From Bacillota bacterium (GTDB lineage Bacteria > Bacillota > Sulfobacillia > Sulfobacillales > Sulfobacillaceae), in contig JAJYTS010000001.1 in the NCBI GenBank assembly GCA_021792935.1, positions 72 through 64,071 of the forward strand: DNA of 64,000 bases, in the 5' to 3' direction. Positions within the stretch are counted from its first letter, which is position 1; each line of letters opens with the position of its first letter. Both the position numbers and the translations under genes were made by a program. The notes below the pieces were generated by a model that was not told where the DNA came from, searched no databases, and saw nothing but the letters and a program-made list of their open reading frames with translations. Below are positions 31,901-40,872 of this stretch, piece after piece.

Positions 31901-33161
31901 AGCCGTCCGCCGCCAACTGCCAAGTGGGCAGTTCGGAAACCGCGGGACCATCACCCCCCGACGCGAAGGATACGGGCGGGGAAGAAGACTTAATCCGTGC
32001 TAGCAGCGAACCGGTAATCTCCTCCATACTAACAGTGGTGACCGGCCCATCCTCCTGCCAAGTCCACCCCACGACTTCTCCCGGGCCAATCATGCGCGGT
32101 TCCGCCACCCAAAGGCGCGGCTCGATCACCCCAACCTCCGACGACAAAATAATTTGGTCCTCTGTTTCCACCACCCATAAGGGTCTTAGCCCCATGGCGT
32201 CCACGGCGGCCGCCAATTCTCGTCCATTGGTGGCAATTAACGCCTGCGGACCTTGAACAACAGGGTTCCAGAAGGTTTCCAGCGCTTCGTAGGCGGTCCG
32301 CCATTCAACAGGCCAGGTCTCCACCACGGCGGGCGAGGGCGCGCTCAACAGCCGTAAAGTCTCCGGTAAACTCAATCCATAGCGGGTTGATAACTGGATC
32401 AAAGCCCGATCTAAAGTTTGCGAATCACTGCCTTCCTGCAAGGCATCAATTTGAAGGCCCTGCAGTTCCCGTCGCAAACGCGCAATGGTATTAATCTCGC
32501 CATTGTGCGCCAACCACATAAAGGGTTGGACCCGTCGCAGTTCGGTGGTGGTGTTGGTGGAAAATCGATTATGAGCCACCACTACCCGCGGGTGAAAAGA
32601 TTCCGTCCAAAGCTTATAGGCATGCTCGGCGACCGTCCGCGCGTCAGCACGCATTTTCATGGTAGCCAAGTCCCGTCCAAAGACGGCAACCTGCCCCGGG
32701 AATGCCTCTTCAAGATGCTCAAGCGCTTGAAAGCCGACATCACGGAGTGGCCCATCCGCGAGACATACGGCGCTCCAAATGCCTTCACCGCCGTCAACCA
32801 CGTCCCAGTAGCCCGCCACAAAGCGCAGCCCTTCCCGCAGCAGAATGGGTTTAAGCACTTCCACCGCTTTCCGGTCGTCGGCAACCGGCAAAACCAAGGA
32901 CACAAACCATAACTTCTCCCAGTCGACAGGGATGCCTAGTTCGCGCAACCGCCGCTCCCATAATGTTTTAGGCAGCGAAGTGATGATGCCGGTGCCATCG
33001 GATTGTCCCGCCAACTGTCCGGAACGGTGCTCCATAGCCGCCAGCGCTTCCAAAGCCGAATGCCACACGGGGACTTTCCCCGGTTTTTTCGGATCCTTTA
33101 ATAAGGCAGCATAAACGGCGCATGCATCAAACTCTCGGGAGTGGTGGGGCAAAACCGGCAT
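28920..33161 (-). CDS. gltB: Glutamate synthase large subunit
   Basis: Pro-peptide ...DA|C, HNRFSTNT, AHNGEINT, MSFGS, GEGGE, QIASGRFG, IKIGQGAKPGEGGHL, CTICRQCQMDTC, GXGXG domain. Confidence 0.93.
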   Translation of the reverse strand: MPVLPHHSREFDACAVYAALLKDPKKPGKVPVWHSALEALAAMEHRSGQLAGQSDGTGIITSLPKTLWERRLRELGIPVDWEKLWFVSLVLPVADDRKAVEVLKPILLREGLRFVAGYWDVVDGGEGIWSAVCLADGPLRDVGFQALEHLEEAFPGQVAVFGRDLATMKMRADARTVAEHAYKLWTESFHPRVVVAHNRFSTNTTTELRRVQPFMWLAHNGEINTIARLRRELQGLQIDALQEGSDSQTLDRALIQLSTRYGLSLPETLRLLSAPSPAVVETWPVEWRTAYEALETFWNPVVQGPQALIATNGRELAAAVDAMGLRPLWVVETEDQIILSSEVGVIEPRLWVAEPRMIGPGEVVGWTWQEDGPVTTVSMEEITGSLLARIKSSSPPVSFASGGDGPAVSELPTWQLAADGWTRDDLLMVKSWVQTGHEPITSLGFDGPLAALAKGIVPISDYLHETVAVVTNPALDREREGEHFRLHTWLGARPETPGGPVAGPSVRLDHPWLADDDVEAIMSQFGSRAKSIPLRWEAQISELAGVQAVVEQALAFAKEGVQLLLLTDQDGYQEGEAVTLDPVLTVSAVEQALLQGGWARDTSIIIRSGMIRNLHDAVVLLGMGARALVPHALWGQAGQPLPITVLNNGLEKIMSTMGTHWLAGYGRNFSAIGLPREVAEILGVETWAPPSLTTWERKRAAVLHDRLTAIQGNAHPRYTTRFNPHVYKAAQQMVRGEIEVEQYHETMLELERKMPIQLRHSLVVPHQEPRFSGKVSLKVGQHDYPFVISSMSFGSQGETSYRAYANAAARLNILAMNGEGGEIPDMIGKYTPWRGFQIASGRFGVNATLLNGANYAEIKIGQGAKPGEGGHLPGKKVSEKVARARNAKPGIDLISPSNNHDLYSIEDLRQLIDELKAVNPNLKVVVKVPVVPNIGTIAVGIVKAGADVVALSGFDGGTGAARIHALRYAGLPSDVGIPLVHNALLQAGVRDQVEIWADGGVHSADDVIKFILLGANRVGFGTMAMVALGCTICRQCQMDTCHVGITTQIETVEEARERGLKRFVPQEAHRASDNLVTFFLCLGEALETRLRWLGVSTVEEAVGKWQWLRQWNEQENVDYMDWVASLAEESEVLMVSEASGVAESTVVHYSPEPVRAPVAFNASDRRLAGVRQSGRRAAKPDGEQAEIVVRGVAGQGFGAFLSPGVTCLALGGAQDGAGKGASGGHIGIMKNGRYGGHVGKSLAYGAQGGVIVVQGAADSRAGVRLGGARVIIMGDGLLNPCDSRSWWDTAAIKGFGFEYMTQGEVLVLADPGPWLAAGMTGGTIYLRHDESVGLTQEFLSSRLSRSAHVVIQELDPKDYEPIAGLLNEAVSALMASDQKARADEIAALAGNIPGSFLKVVAALEQLDQDVVTE

Positions 33162-33365
33162 AATAAATAACCCTCCTATCACGTCTATGGTGAAGTAGGC
33201 GTTGTTACATCAGGGCGCTAAAGCGTCACCCGTCAACGCTAAGTTCTCGATCCGCTGAAATACACAATCTCGAAAAAGACCTGGATCAACTCTCTGGCGC
33301 AGCTACTGAGTAATTGAGGTAAGGCCTGAAAGTGACGCAACCGACAGCGGTGGTACAATGTCGCA

Positions 33366-33387
33366 ATTATACAGTCATTTGTATAAT
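33366..33387. promoter_or_regulatory. Perfect palindrome between divergent gltB and the MBL hydrolase gene
   Basis: ATTATACA-N6-TGTATAAT; regulator unknown. Confidence 0.35.
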
Positions 33388-33498
33388 AACGCAAGCCTAA
33401 AAGAGGAATTTAAGGGATTTTTAAACGTATATGCGACCATCGCCCTAGTCTGATACAATACTTTCGTTGTACAAATTTTAGACGGGTGGGTAGGATAA

Positions 33499-34488
33499 AT
33501 GAAGATTTCGCGGCCTCTCCCTCATATCACGCAGTTGCTGGTGCCCGTTCCCCTTCCGGTTCATTACACCAATTCTTACGTGATTGACACCGAAAACGGC
33601 TACATCATCGTCGACGCCGGCATGGACACAGCAGAAGCGCGTAGAGTGTGGGAAGACTTCATTGCTGACACAAAAATCGATCAAGCGACCGTGCGATTTA
33701 TATTTATAACACACTTTCACCCAGACCACATGGGATTGGCCCATTGGCTATCCGCGCGATTGCGGGCGCCCATCGCGATGATGGGGGAAGAAGCCCAGTT
33801 TGCCCATAATTACGCCGCCCACCATCAACAAAGCGTCGAGCGGATAAGAGAGTTCTACGCGCGACATAACGTTCCCGATTCCTTGATCGATAGTTGGATA
33901 GCCCTGGACCGGGCATTTCAGGAAACCGTCACCATGCCCGCCACAATTGACCCAATACAACCGGAGCAGACTCTGCGGATTGGGTCCATGGACCTGCGAT
34001 TCATCGAGCAAGGCGGCCATACCGGTCATCAAGGGCTCATTTACCTTCCCCGTCAAAACGTGTTGGTGACGGGCGATCAAGTATTGTCCCGCATTACCCC
34101 TAACGTTAGTGTATGGCCCTTAGGGGAAAAAAACCCCCTGGCCAGCTATCTCGCATCGCTCCGCCGCCTGCTGGATTTGCCCCATCCCCTTGGTCTTGCC
34201 GCCCATGAGGCAATAATTCCCGACGTGAACAGGCGGGTGGAACAGATCTTGGAACATCACCGGCAGCGAAATGACAAACTAATCGGATTGCTAAGCGACA
34301 GCCCCAAATCCGCCTATGAATTGACGCGCCTCTTGTTCCAGCGGCCACTTGACGACTATCAAGTTCGCTTCGCGATTGGAGAAACTCTGGCCCATTTGGA
34401 ATTTCTTAAAGAAGAACATCAAGTCGGTTCCACAAATCATGAAGGCACTCTTATTTATGAATCTCTCAGACCCGCGGTCAACCAATAA
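33499..34488 (+). CDS. MBL-fold metallo-hydrolase
   Basis: THFHPDHMG, GHTGH, TGDQVL, AHE, GETLAHL. Confidence 0.92.
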   Translation: MKISRPLPHITQLLVPVPLPVHYTNSYVIDTENGYIIVDAGMDTAEARRVWEDFIADTKIDQATVRFIFITHFHPDHMGLAHWLSARLRAPIAMMGEEAQFAHNYAAHHQQSVERIREFYARHNVPDSLIDSWIALDRAFQETVTMPATIDPIQPEQTLRIGSMDLRFIEQGGHTGHQGLIYLPRQNVLVTGDQVLSRITPNVSVWPLGEKNPLASYLASLRRLLDLPHPLGLAAHEAIIPDVNRRVEQILEHHRQRNDKLIGLLSDSPKSAYELTRLLFQRPLDDYQVRFAIGETLAHLEFLKEEHQVGSTNHEGTLIYESLRPAVNQ

Positions 34489-34707
34489 CGGAGGCAGCAG
34501 CGGAGACGCCCCCGCATTCTCTGGCACGCAGAGCGGTGACCCGCCACCCGTATAGGGTGGGGTGGCATCATCATATGAATTCATTGGAATGGTGTTTAAG
34601 CAGGGCCTTGGCGAAACCGCCCGTGGAAGGTATCCCCTTAACCGTAATCCTTTTGTAACATCTTTAGTGTTACCTAAAACTAAAGAGGCGGGAAAGGATG
34701 TGAAAAA

Positions 34708-35715
34708 GTGGGCGTGGTCACATCGGCTCTCCGGGTAATGGGGCTGGTACTGCTGGGTGTGGGTGCATTTGAAGTGTTTCACCCCTGGAACAACTCCGCT
34801 ACGCCATCCTTTAAAGGACCCAGCACGCCAGCCGTCAACACCATCCAGTGGTCGCCCCCTGGAAATCTCCCGGCAAACAGCGCCCCTTCTGGGAGACAAT
34901 CATCCCAGCCGCCTACCGCCATCGAGGCGAATTCTCTTAATTGGGCTGGCATCGTTCAGCAATCATCTGGGGAAATGAGCGTCGAGGCCGCCTGGAAAGT
35001 GCCAAACTTTTCGCAACCGGCCTCCAATCCTAATAGTGCCGTTGCTGAATGGATTGGACTGGGAGGCGTCGCCTCAAACAACCTCATCCAAATCGGAACC
35101 ATTACCAGCCCCAATGCATCCGGGCAAGCTATGACCACCGTGTTTTGGGAAAACCTTCCCCACCCGGCGGTGCAAGCCGCCGACATCCCCACCGGGTCCA
35201 CGGTTAATGCGGCGATAAAACCATCGGGGGCGGATCAGTGGCGTTTGACTCTTACCGTCGCAGGGCGGAAAGGCGCGGTTATTGACCAAGTGGTTCGCCT
35301 CACGCCCGCACAAGCCACGGCTGTTGAGTCATCTGCCGATTGGATTACGGAAGCGCCTTCCACCAATCAAGGCCAGGCGCCACTGGCTCCCGTATCCAAG
35401 ACGACCATGACCGCTGTTAAAGCGAACGGTGTCCCCCTGTCGCAAATCAACCCAAACACACTGCAATCCATCGGCCTTTACGACTCAAACGGGCAACTCA
35501 TCGCTGAGCCCTCCGCTAACACCTCTCGCGACAGCGTCACCGTCACCACCGTATATAACCCCGACACATCATCCTCTCTCCCCCCTGGCCCTGGCTGGAA
35601 CCCGCACTCCTTCAATCCTGGAGGGTACGGACATCCCTATGGCCCTCAGGGCTGGAACTCCTCTCCCGCGACAGGCTATCCGGCAAACGGCGCTCCTTGG
35701 GGACCGGGCTGGTAG
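34708..35715 (+). CDS. G1 family glutamic endopeptidase
   Basis: SLNWAG, AEWIGLGG, LIQIGT (catalytic Gln), SADWITEAP (catalytic Glu); N-terminal signal/anchor. Confidence 0.85.
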   Translation: MGVVTSALRVMGLVLLGVGAFEVFHPWNNSATPSFKGPSTPAVNTIQWSPPGNLPANSAPSGRQSSQPPTAIEANSLNWAGIVQQSSGEMSVEAAWKVPNFSQPASNPNSAVAEWIGLGGVASNNLIQIGTITSPNASGQAMTTVFWENLPHPAVQAADIPTGSTVNAAIKPSGADQWRLTLTVAGRKGAVIDQVVRLTPAQATAVESSADWITEAPSTNQGQAPLAPVSKTTMTAVKANGVPLSQINPNTLQSIGLYDSNGQLIAEPSANTSRDSVTVTTVYNPDTSSSLPPGPGWNPHSFNPGGYGHPYGPQGWNSSPATGYPANGAPWGPGW

Positions 35716-35894
35716 GGACGTCGTCACCCCCAACCCCGCATAAACGTACCGGCGATTCATGATGCCAGCCTACGAGCAAAGAAAGGGGCTTGGTCCCTTC
35801 TTCCCCTATTTGGTGCTAGTCTATAGTTATCGAATTGGGAAGGATGACGTTATGGCCACGGACAGCCCAAGAATTCACCAGGGACACGTGAGGG

Positions 35895-36587
35895 ATGCTT
35901 AGTCCGCGAAATACATTCCCGACCACCCAACTAATCTCATTGATTTTTCCCATTATGCTGGGCTATTCCGCGGCCGCCATCGCGTTTGGCGCTCTCGCTG
36001 CGGCTTGGCATTGGCAAAGCGCTATTATTGTGGGCTTTTCGTTATTACTCTATTCGGGCGCCCTGCAATCCACCGTACTGGGTTTAACCATTGTTAATCC
36101 GTCATTCGCGTTAGTCTTCACGCTTTCTCTGGCCGTCAATTTGCGCCATATGCTTTATGGTCCTCATCTGCAAACGCGAGACAGAGAGTGGAAACGCTTA
36201 GACCGTTGGGTTATCGGCGGCCTTTTAACCGACGAACTTTATGCCTTAGGTCTCGATCCATCCCTCAACCGCAAGCAGTGGAGGGCTGCCGGACTCATGC
36301 TTTATGGTTGCTGGGCAGCCTCCACCGCCGTGGGGGTGGCCAGCGCACATGTGGTGCCCCATCAATGGCTTCTTGCCATGAGCTTGGCGCTTCCTTCTCT
36401 CTTTATGGGCCTTTTAATCCCGCGCCTGTCGTCTCAGAGCGATTGGTTGGCGGCACTTGTCGCGGCGGCGCTAGCCGCCCTAGGCCGATGGCTGCACTGG
36501 CCTGACGCGTATATCATCATCCCTATCGCCATGGGTGCCAGCGCCGGCTATTGGGCCCAGCGAAGAAAGGTTCCGACAAGCTCATGA
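35895..36587 (+). CDS. azlC: AzlC family branched-chain amino acid exporter
   Basis: YSGALQ, VNLRHMLYG, LTDELYA. Confidence 0.9.
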   Translation: MLSPRNTFPTTQLISLIFPIMLGYSAAAIAFGALAAAWHWQSAIIVGFSLLLYSGALQSTVLGLTIVNPSFALVFTLSLAVNLRHMLYGPHLQTRDREWKRLDRWVIGGLLTDELYALGLDPSLNRKQWRAAGLMLYGCWAASTAVGVASAHVVPHQWLLAMSLALPSLFMGLLIPRLSSQSDWLAALVAAALAALGRWLHWPDAYIIIPIAMGASAGYWAQRRKVPTSS

Positions 36588-36883
36588 CCTGGACCTGGCT
36601 CATCATTTTGAGTGCTCTCGGATATGCTCAGCGCACCATTCCCTGGGCGATGTCCGCACGCTTTAATCTCCCTGGCAAGGTCACGGTGTGGTTGCGCTAT
36701 GTGGGCCCAGCCGCTTTCGCCACCCTTCTCGTCACCGACATCACCAAAGTGACAATGCCCGCCTTGTTGTCCCTAGCCGTCGCAGGGTTTATTAGTTGGC
36801 GGACGCGCAACTTGGGTTTGGCGGTATTAGCCGCCTTAGCCGTAAATATCGCTGCGCAAGCCATCACCCTGATTAATGCCTAA
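36584..36883 (+). CDS. azlD: AzlD domain protein
   Basis: ATGA overlap with azlC; WLRYVGPAAFATL, SWRTRNL. Confidence 0.85.
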   Translation: MTWTWLIILSALGYAQRTIPWAMSARFNLPGKVTVWLRYVGPAAFATLLVTDITKVTMPALLSLAVAGFISWRTRNLGLAVLAALAVNIAAQAITLINA

Positions 36884-36974
36884 AACCAGGGTGGTGCGAG
36901 CCGTCCCCCCATACGCTTTTATGACGGCATTAAGGCTATAATGAGAGAAAAACTAGCGAATAGGAGATGTTGAC

Positions 36975-37076
36975 ATGGTCGTACTTCATACTATCTTGTT
37001 GCTGATTGCCACCGTTATAGGCTCGACCATCATCGCCCTGGTTATGGGAATGATCGTCTCGGCTCTCACTAAATAG
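36975..37076 (+). CDS. 33-aa single-TM small protein (absent from the ORF track)
   Basis: AGGAG RBS; MVVLHTILLLIATVIGSTIIALVMGMIVSALTK*. Confidence 0.55.
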   Translation: MVVLHTILLLIATVIGSTIIALVMGMIVSALTK

Positions 37077-37141
37077 CCCCGTCTTTTTGCTAAAAGGCAC
37101 TCGGCCATTCGCGACTGGGTTACGGGGCGTTAAAAGAGCAT

Positions 37142-37159
37142 CTACGACCAAAGTTGTAG
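37142..37159. promoter_or_regulatory. Near-palindrome upstream of the two-component operon, possible NarL-family site
   Basis: CTACGAC-CAAA-GTTGTAG. Confidence 0.3.
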
Positions 37160-37305
37160 TCTGACCTAGACCAACAACCCATTGGAAGCTCACAGACGGC
37201 CGGTTATTGTCGGAGTACTGAAGTTCTTCCAAGTAAAGTTGCCGGTCGTTGCGGAAGCCCCCGGATCGGGCACCGCGGGCACTGGCAAGGGGGGGAACAC
37301 TAACA

Positions 37306-38877
37306 ATGGCGTCAAACGGCGACGGGCCGATTCGGCTGCTCTCTGAAGGTGAGGAAGCGCGGCTTCTCAAAGACATTGCCGAATCGCTCAACGAAGCCAA
37401 TGATGTCTCATCCGCCATGTCCGCTATTTTGCCCCGGTTGAGCCAAGTGCTAGGGCTGAAGACAGCATGGGCATTCCGCTACGACCCGCAGCGCGCCACC
37501 TTTGTGGAAGTGGGCGCCAGCGGCCTTCCCCCCGCTTTATCCGCCAATAACGCGGAAGCACTCAGATCCAGTTGGTGCGAGTGCCAAGACCGAATGGTGA
37601 AGGGACATCTCGATACGGCGGTCAATATCGTACGCTGCAGTCGCTTGCGAGACGCCATAGGAGACAAACAGGGCCTCAAATATCACGCCTCTATTCCCCT
37701 CAAAATGAATGGACGGCCCCTAGGGATCTTAAACGTGGCTGCCAGCGGTGCTCAGGTATTCACACGGCCAGCCTTAGATCTTCTTCGCGCTATCGGCTTT
37801 CACGTTGCGGTCACGATAGACCGCGCGGCCCTCATGGCGGACATGAAACGACGCAATCAGCAACTAGAATCGCTGGGGCTGGTTGCCCGAGAACTGACCG
37901 GCATTAGCGATCGCACCCAACTTCTACAACAAGCTATCAATGTATTTGCCGCCCATATGGGATTTGAGGGAGTCGGCTTGTTTGAGGGGTCAACGCTGTT
38001 ATGCGAAGTGGTTAACAGCGAGCCCGGAGAAGTGGAATACTCCTATCGCAAACAGGAGGACGCGCTGCTCCCCCCGGCAGAAAGAAAAATCTTGGCGGAT
38101 GCCTGTTCAGCGCTTTCTGTGCCCATCCCTCATTATCCCTATGAAATCCGTGTCGAAGCCCGCAACATGGCCGCATTTGGCCCTATCGACGAAGAGATCC
38201 TTAACGCTTTTGCCTGGTACCTCACCACTTGGCTGGAACAAACCCTCTTGCATCGACAAGCCCTGGATGCCGCGCGTTGGGCCGAGCGGCGTCAACTGGC
38301 CGCCGATTTGCATGATTCGGTAAGCCAGCACTTGTTTTCGGCCCAGCTTATCGCTCGCACGCTTCGTCAACGCAGCGCCTCCCACCCGACCGAAACGCTG
38401 GCAGAACGGCTGGAATCGGTTCTGCAAACAAGTCGGCAAGAAATGCGGCGCCTTATCCAAGCTTTGCGCCCCGACTCCGCCCCGTTAACTTTGGAACTAC
38501 GACATCGGCTTATCCGTCTTCATTCCGTACTCGGATCCCGGCTTTCGTGGAATCTTGCCGAGGTGGATTGGCAGTTGCCCGGCCCTGTTACCGATGCCGT
38601 ATTGCGGATTATTGACGAGGCGCTGCAAAACGCCATGAAGCACGCGCCTCAGGCGGCCATTCGGGTGATTTTACGCGCGGGAGAATCCATCATCGTGGTT
38701 CGGGTTATCGACCAGGGACCCGGATTTAATCCATCCAACGTGAAAAGCGGATATGGGTTGAACACCATGCGCGACCGCGCTCAAGCCGCGGGGTTGAGAT
38801 TCCGATTAACCAGTCAGGCGCGAAAGGGGACCAAAGTGACCATTGTGATACCAAAGGAGGTGGCCAACCATCATTAA
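37306..38877 (+). CDS. GAF-domain HisKA_3 sensor histidine kinase (YhcY-like)
   Basis: Cys-containing GAF (WCEC...VRCSRL...HASIPL), ERRQLAADLHDSVSQ H-box, EALQNAMKHA, DQGPGF, GYGL. Confidence 0.9.
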   Translation: MASNGDGPIRLLSEGEEARLLKDIAESLNEANDVSSAMSAILPRLSQVLGLKTAWAFRYDPQRATFVEVGASGLPPALSANNAEALRSSWCECQDRMVKGHLDTAVNIVRCSRLRDAIGDKQGLKYHASIPLKMNGRPLGILNVAASGAQVFTRPALDLLRAIGFHVAVTIDRAALMADMKRRNQQLESLGLVARELTGISDRTQLLQQAINVFAAHMGFEGVGLFEGSTLLCEVVNSEPGEVEYSYRKQEDALLPPAERKILADACSALSVPIPHYPYEIRVEARNMAAFGPIDEEILNAFAWYLTTWLEQTLLHRQALDAARWAERRQLAADLHDSVSQHLFSAQLIARTLRQRSASHPTETLAERLESVLQTSRQEMRRLIQALRPDSAPLTLELRHRLIRLHSVLGSRLSWNLAEVDWQLPGPVTDAVLRIIDEALQNAMKHAPQAAIRVILRAGESIIVVRVIDQGPGFNPSNVKSGYGLNTMRDRAQAAGLRFRLTSQARKGTKVTIVIPKEVANHH

Positions 38878-39502
38878 TGCCATTCAAGTCGGATTAATTG
38901 ACGATCACCCAGTCGTGCGGGAAGGTCTTCGAGTGTTCTTGGAATCAGCTCCCGATATTCGCGTCAGCTTAGACTGCGACGGTGGAGAAACTGCCCTTGA
39001 CGCCTTAAAACACGCAACCTGTGACGTCATTCTGCTGGACTTGGTTCTTCGTCGGGGAATGGACGGCGTCACAACATTCAACCGTATCCGGGAGACGTGG
39101 CCCCACATGGCTATTATTATTTTAACGTCATACCAAGACCCAACTAGTTTAAGCTATCTTCAGAGCCACGGCGCATCCGGCTACTTGGACAAAACCATAA
39201 GTCCAGACGATCTGTTGCAAGCCATTCGCCTGGTGGCACGGGGACACTCCGTCTGGGACCCCACCCCTAAGCTTCCCTCGCCGACTCTCCTAGAGCCACT
39301 CACTAGTAGAGAAACCCACGTTCTACAGTTGCTGGCAGAAGGACTTTCCAACAAAGAAATTGGTTCCCGGCTCGCGATTAGCGAGAAAACGGTGAAGGTG
39401 CACGTGAGCCACATCTTAGGCAAGCTAAATGTCTACGACCGCACTCAGGCCGTCATCAGCGCGCATCAAAGAGGGCTGGTGCACCTTTCCACCAATAGTT
39501 AA
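38870..39502 (+). CDS. NarL/LuxR family response regulator (start codon non-canonical or frameshifted)
   Basis: IQVGLIDDHPVVREG, LLDL, LTSRETHVLQLLAEGLSNKEIG..SEKTVKVHVSHILGKL. Confidence 0.9.
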   Translation: MINAIQVGLIDDHPVVREGLRVFLESAPDIRVSLDCDGGETALDALKHATCDVILLDLVLRRGMDGVTTFNRIRETWPHMAIIILTSYQDPTSLSYLQSHGASGYLDKTISPDDLLQAIRLVARGHSVWDPTPKLPSPTLLEPLTSRETHVLQLLAEGLSNKEIGSRLAISEKTVKVHVSHILGKLNVYDRTQAVISAHQRGLVHLSTNS

Positions 39503-40587
39503 GAACGCGATAGGTTTTTGATGGTCTCCACCAATTCATCAATATAAGGCATGGGGGGGACGGTTATTCGAGCGTATCCCGCCAGTCCAAAAACCTTTGT
39601 AAGCCGCACCACATAGCCGCTGCCGAGCATGGATCGCGAAAACTCGTCATCGTCCCCAAAGATGCGCACCGTGACAAAATTAGCATCGCTGGGATAATAC
39701 GCAATTCCCGCCTCGGTTAGCTGGTTCATAAAATAAGTACGGGCGGCAATGGTCTCCGCAACAACACGCTCAAAATACTCCGTATCCTCCAGCGCTCCCC
39801 TAGCCGCGGCCCACGCCACCGCATTCACGGAAAAAGCGTCTCGCACCTTCCACAACGACGCAATAACGGAAGCGGGCCCTGCTGCCCAACCCACTCTTAG
39901 GGATGCCAAGGCAAACAATTTAGAAAAAGTGCGAACCCATACGACAGGGCGTCCGTTGCGAATCTGGGCGGCGATATCCGGCTGCGTATTCTGGCAAAAC
40001 TCATGATAGGCCGCGTCAACGACAACCAGGACGTGGGATGGCACCCGGCTCCAAAAATCTTCCCATGCGGACGCTGAAAAAGCCGCGCCGGTCGGATTGT
40101 TGGGACTGCACAGATAGATAAGCCGAGTTCGGTTGGTTACTGCTGCCAGGATACCCTCCAGATCGTTTGCCCCGTTGGCATCAAGTGCGACAGGAACCGG
40201 CGTTCCACCCGTTAGCAAGGTACTATGGCGATACGCAGAAAAGCTTGGCGAAGGAAATACCACTTCATCGCCGGAGCGCACGTAGGCCTGGGCAATAAGC
40301 CGCAGAACCTCGTCAGCCCCATTCCCCACCAAAATCTGTGACGATTCGAGTCCATGTCGTCGGCCAATAGCCTCTAACAACTCTGGTTCGCGAACCACCG
40401 GGTAGTAATTTAATTGGGCCAGCACGTTGCTGGCAGCGGCGACTGACTTGGGTGACGGGCCCCAGAGGCTTTCATTGGAGGCCAGTTTTAAAAGCTCTTG
40501 GCGGCCGCTATCGGCGCGGGCCTGACTCAACGGCATCCCCGGTGAATATAGTGTCATTGAAGCAACTTCCGGACGCGGGTCAACCAT
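39499..40587 (-). CDS. hisC: Histidinol-phosphate aminotransferase
   Basis: KLASNE, GNGADE, SPNNPTG, DAAY, RTFSKLFALASLRVG. Confidence 0.88.
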   Translation of the reverse strand: MVDPRPEVASMTLYSPGMPLSQARADSGRQELLKLASNESLWGPSPKSVAAASNVLAQLNYYPVVREPELLEAIGRRHGLESSQILVGNGADEVLRLIAQAYVRSGDEVVFPSPSFSAYRHSTLLTGGTPVPVALDANGANDLEGILAAVTNRTRLIYLCSPNNPTGAAFSASAWEDFWSRVPSHVLVVVDAAYHEFCQNTQPDIAAQIRNGRPVVWVRTFSKLFALASLRVGWAAGPASVIASLWKVRDAFSVNAVAWAAARGALEDTEYFERVVAETIAARTYFMNQLTEAGIAYYPSDANFVTVRIFGDDDEFSRSMLGSGYVVRLTKVFGLAGYARITVPPMPYIDELVETIKNLSRS

Positions 40588-40872
40588 GCCAACGGCCTCC
40601 TCTCCTACACGTATAGTAGTGTCATGACGATCTCACTCGCCCATTATAGCGCCGCCTACCTTGTGACAAAAGTATGGCTTTTCTGACCGCGAGCTCCACC
40701 AATGCGTACGTAACCGCGGCCCGAAGTCAAACCCGCAAGAGATTTCGCGCGAGCACAATCAGATAAAGACATGATACACTGAATAGCATACCCATGGCGT
40801 CCCCAAGGGCCGGGTGTGGAACCCCAGAACCGGCCGTTGGTCCGCCATATAAAGTTGAGGTGGTACAGCGAG

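Noticed and set aside
33162-33360. Riboswitch or GlnR/TnrA site upstream of gltB
   Set aside because: No recognisable aptamer, terminator or TGTNA-N7-TNACA box.
34291-34899. 202-aa minus-strand ORF
   Set aside because: Antisense to the MBL hydrolase and G1 peptidase; no motifs.
36936-37418. 160-aa minus-strand ORF
   Set aside because: Antisense to the kinase start and the 33-aa ORF; no RBS or motif.
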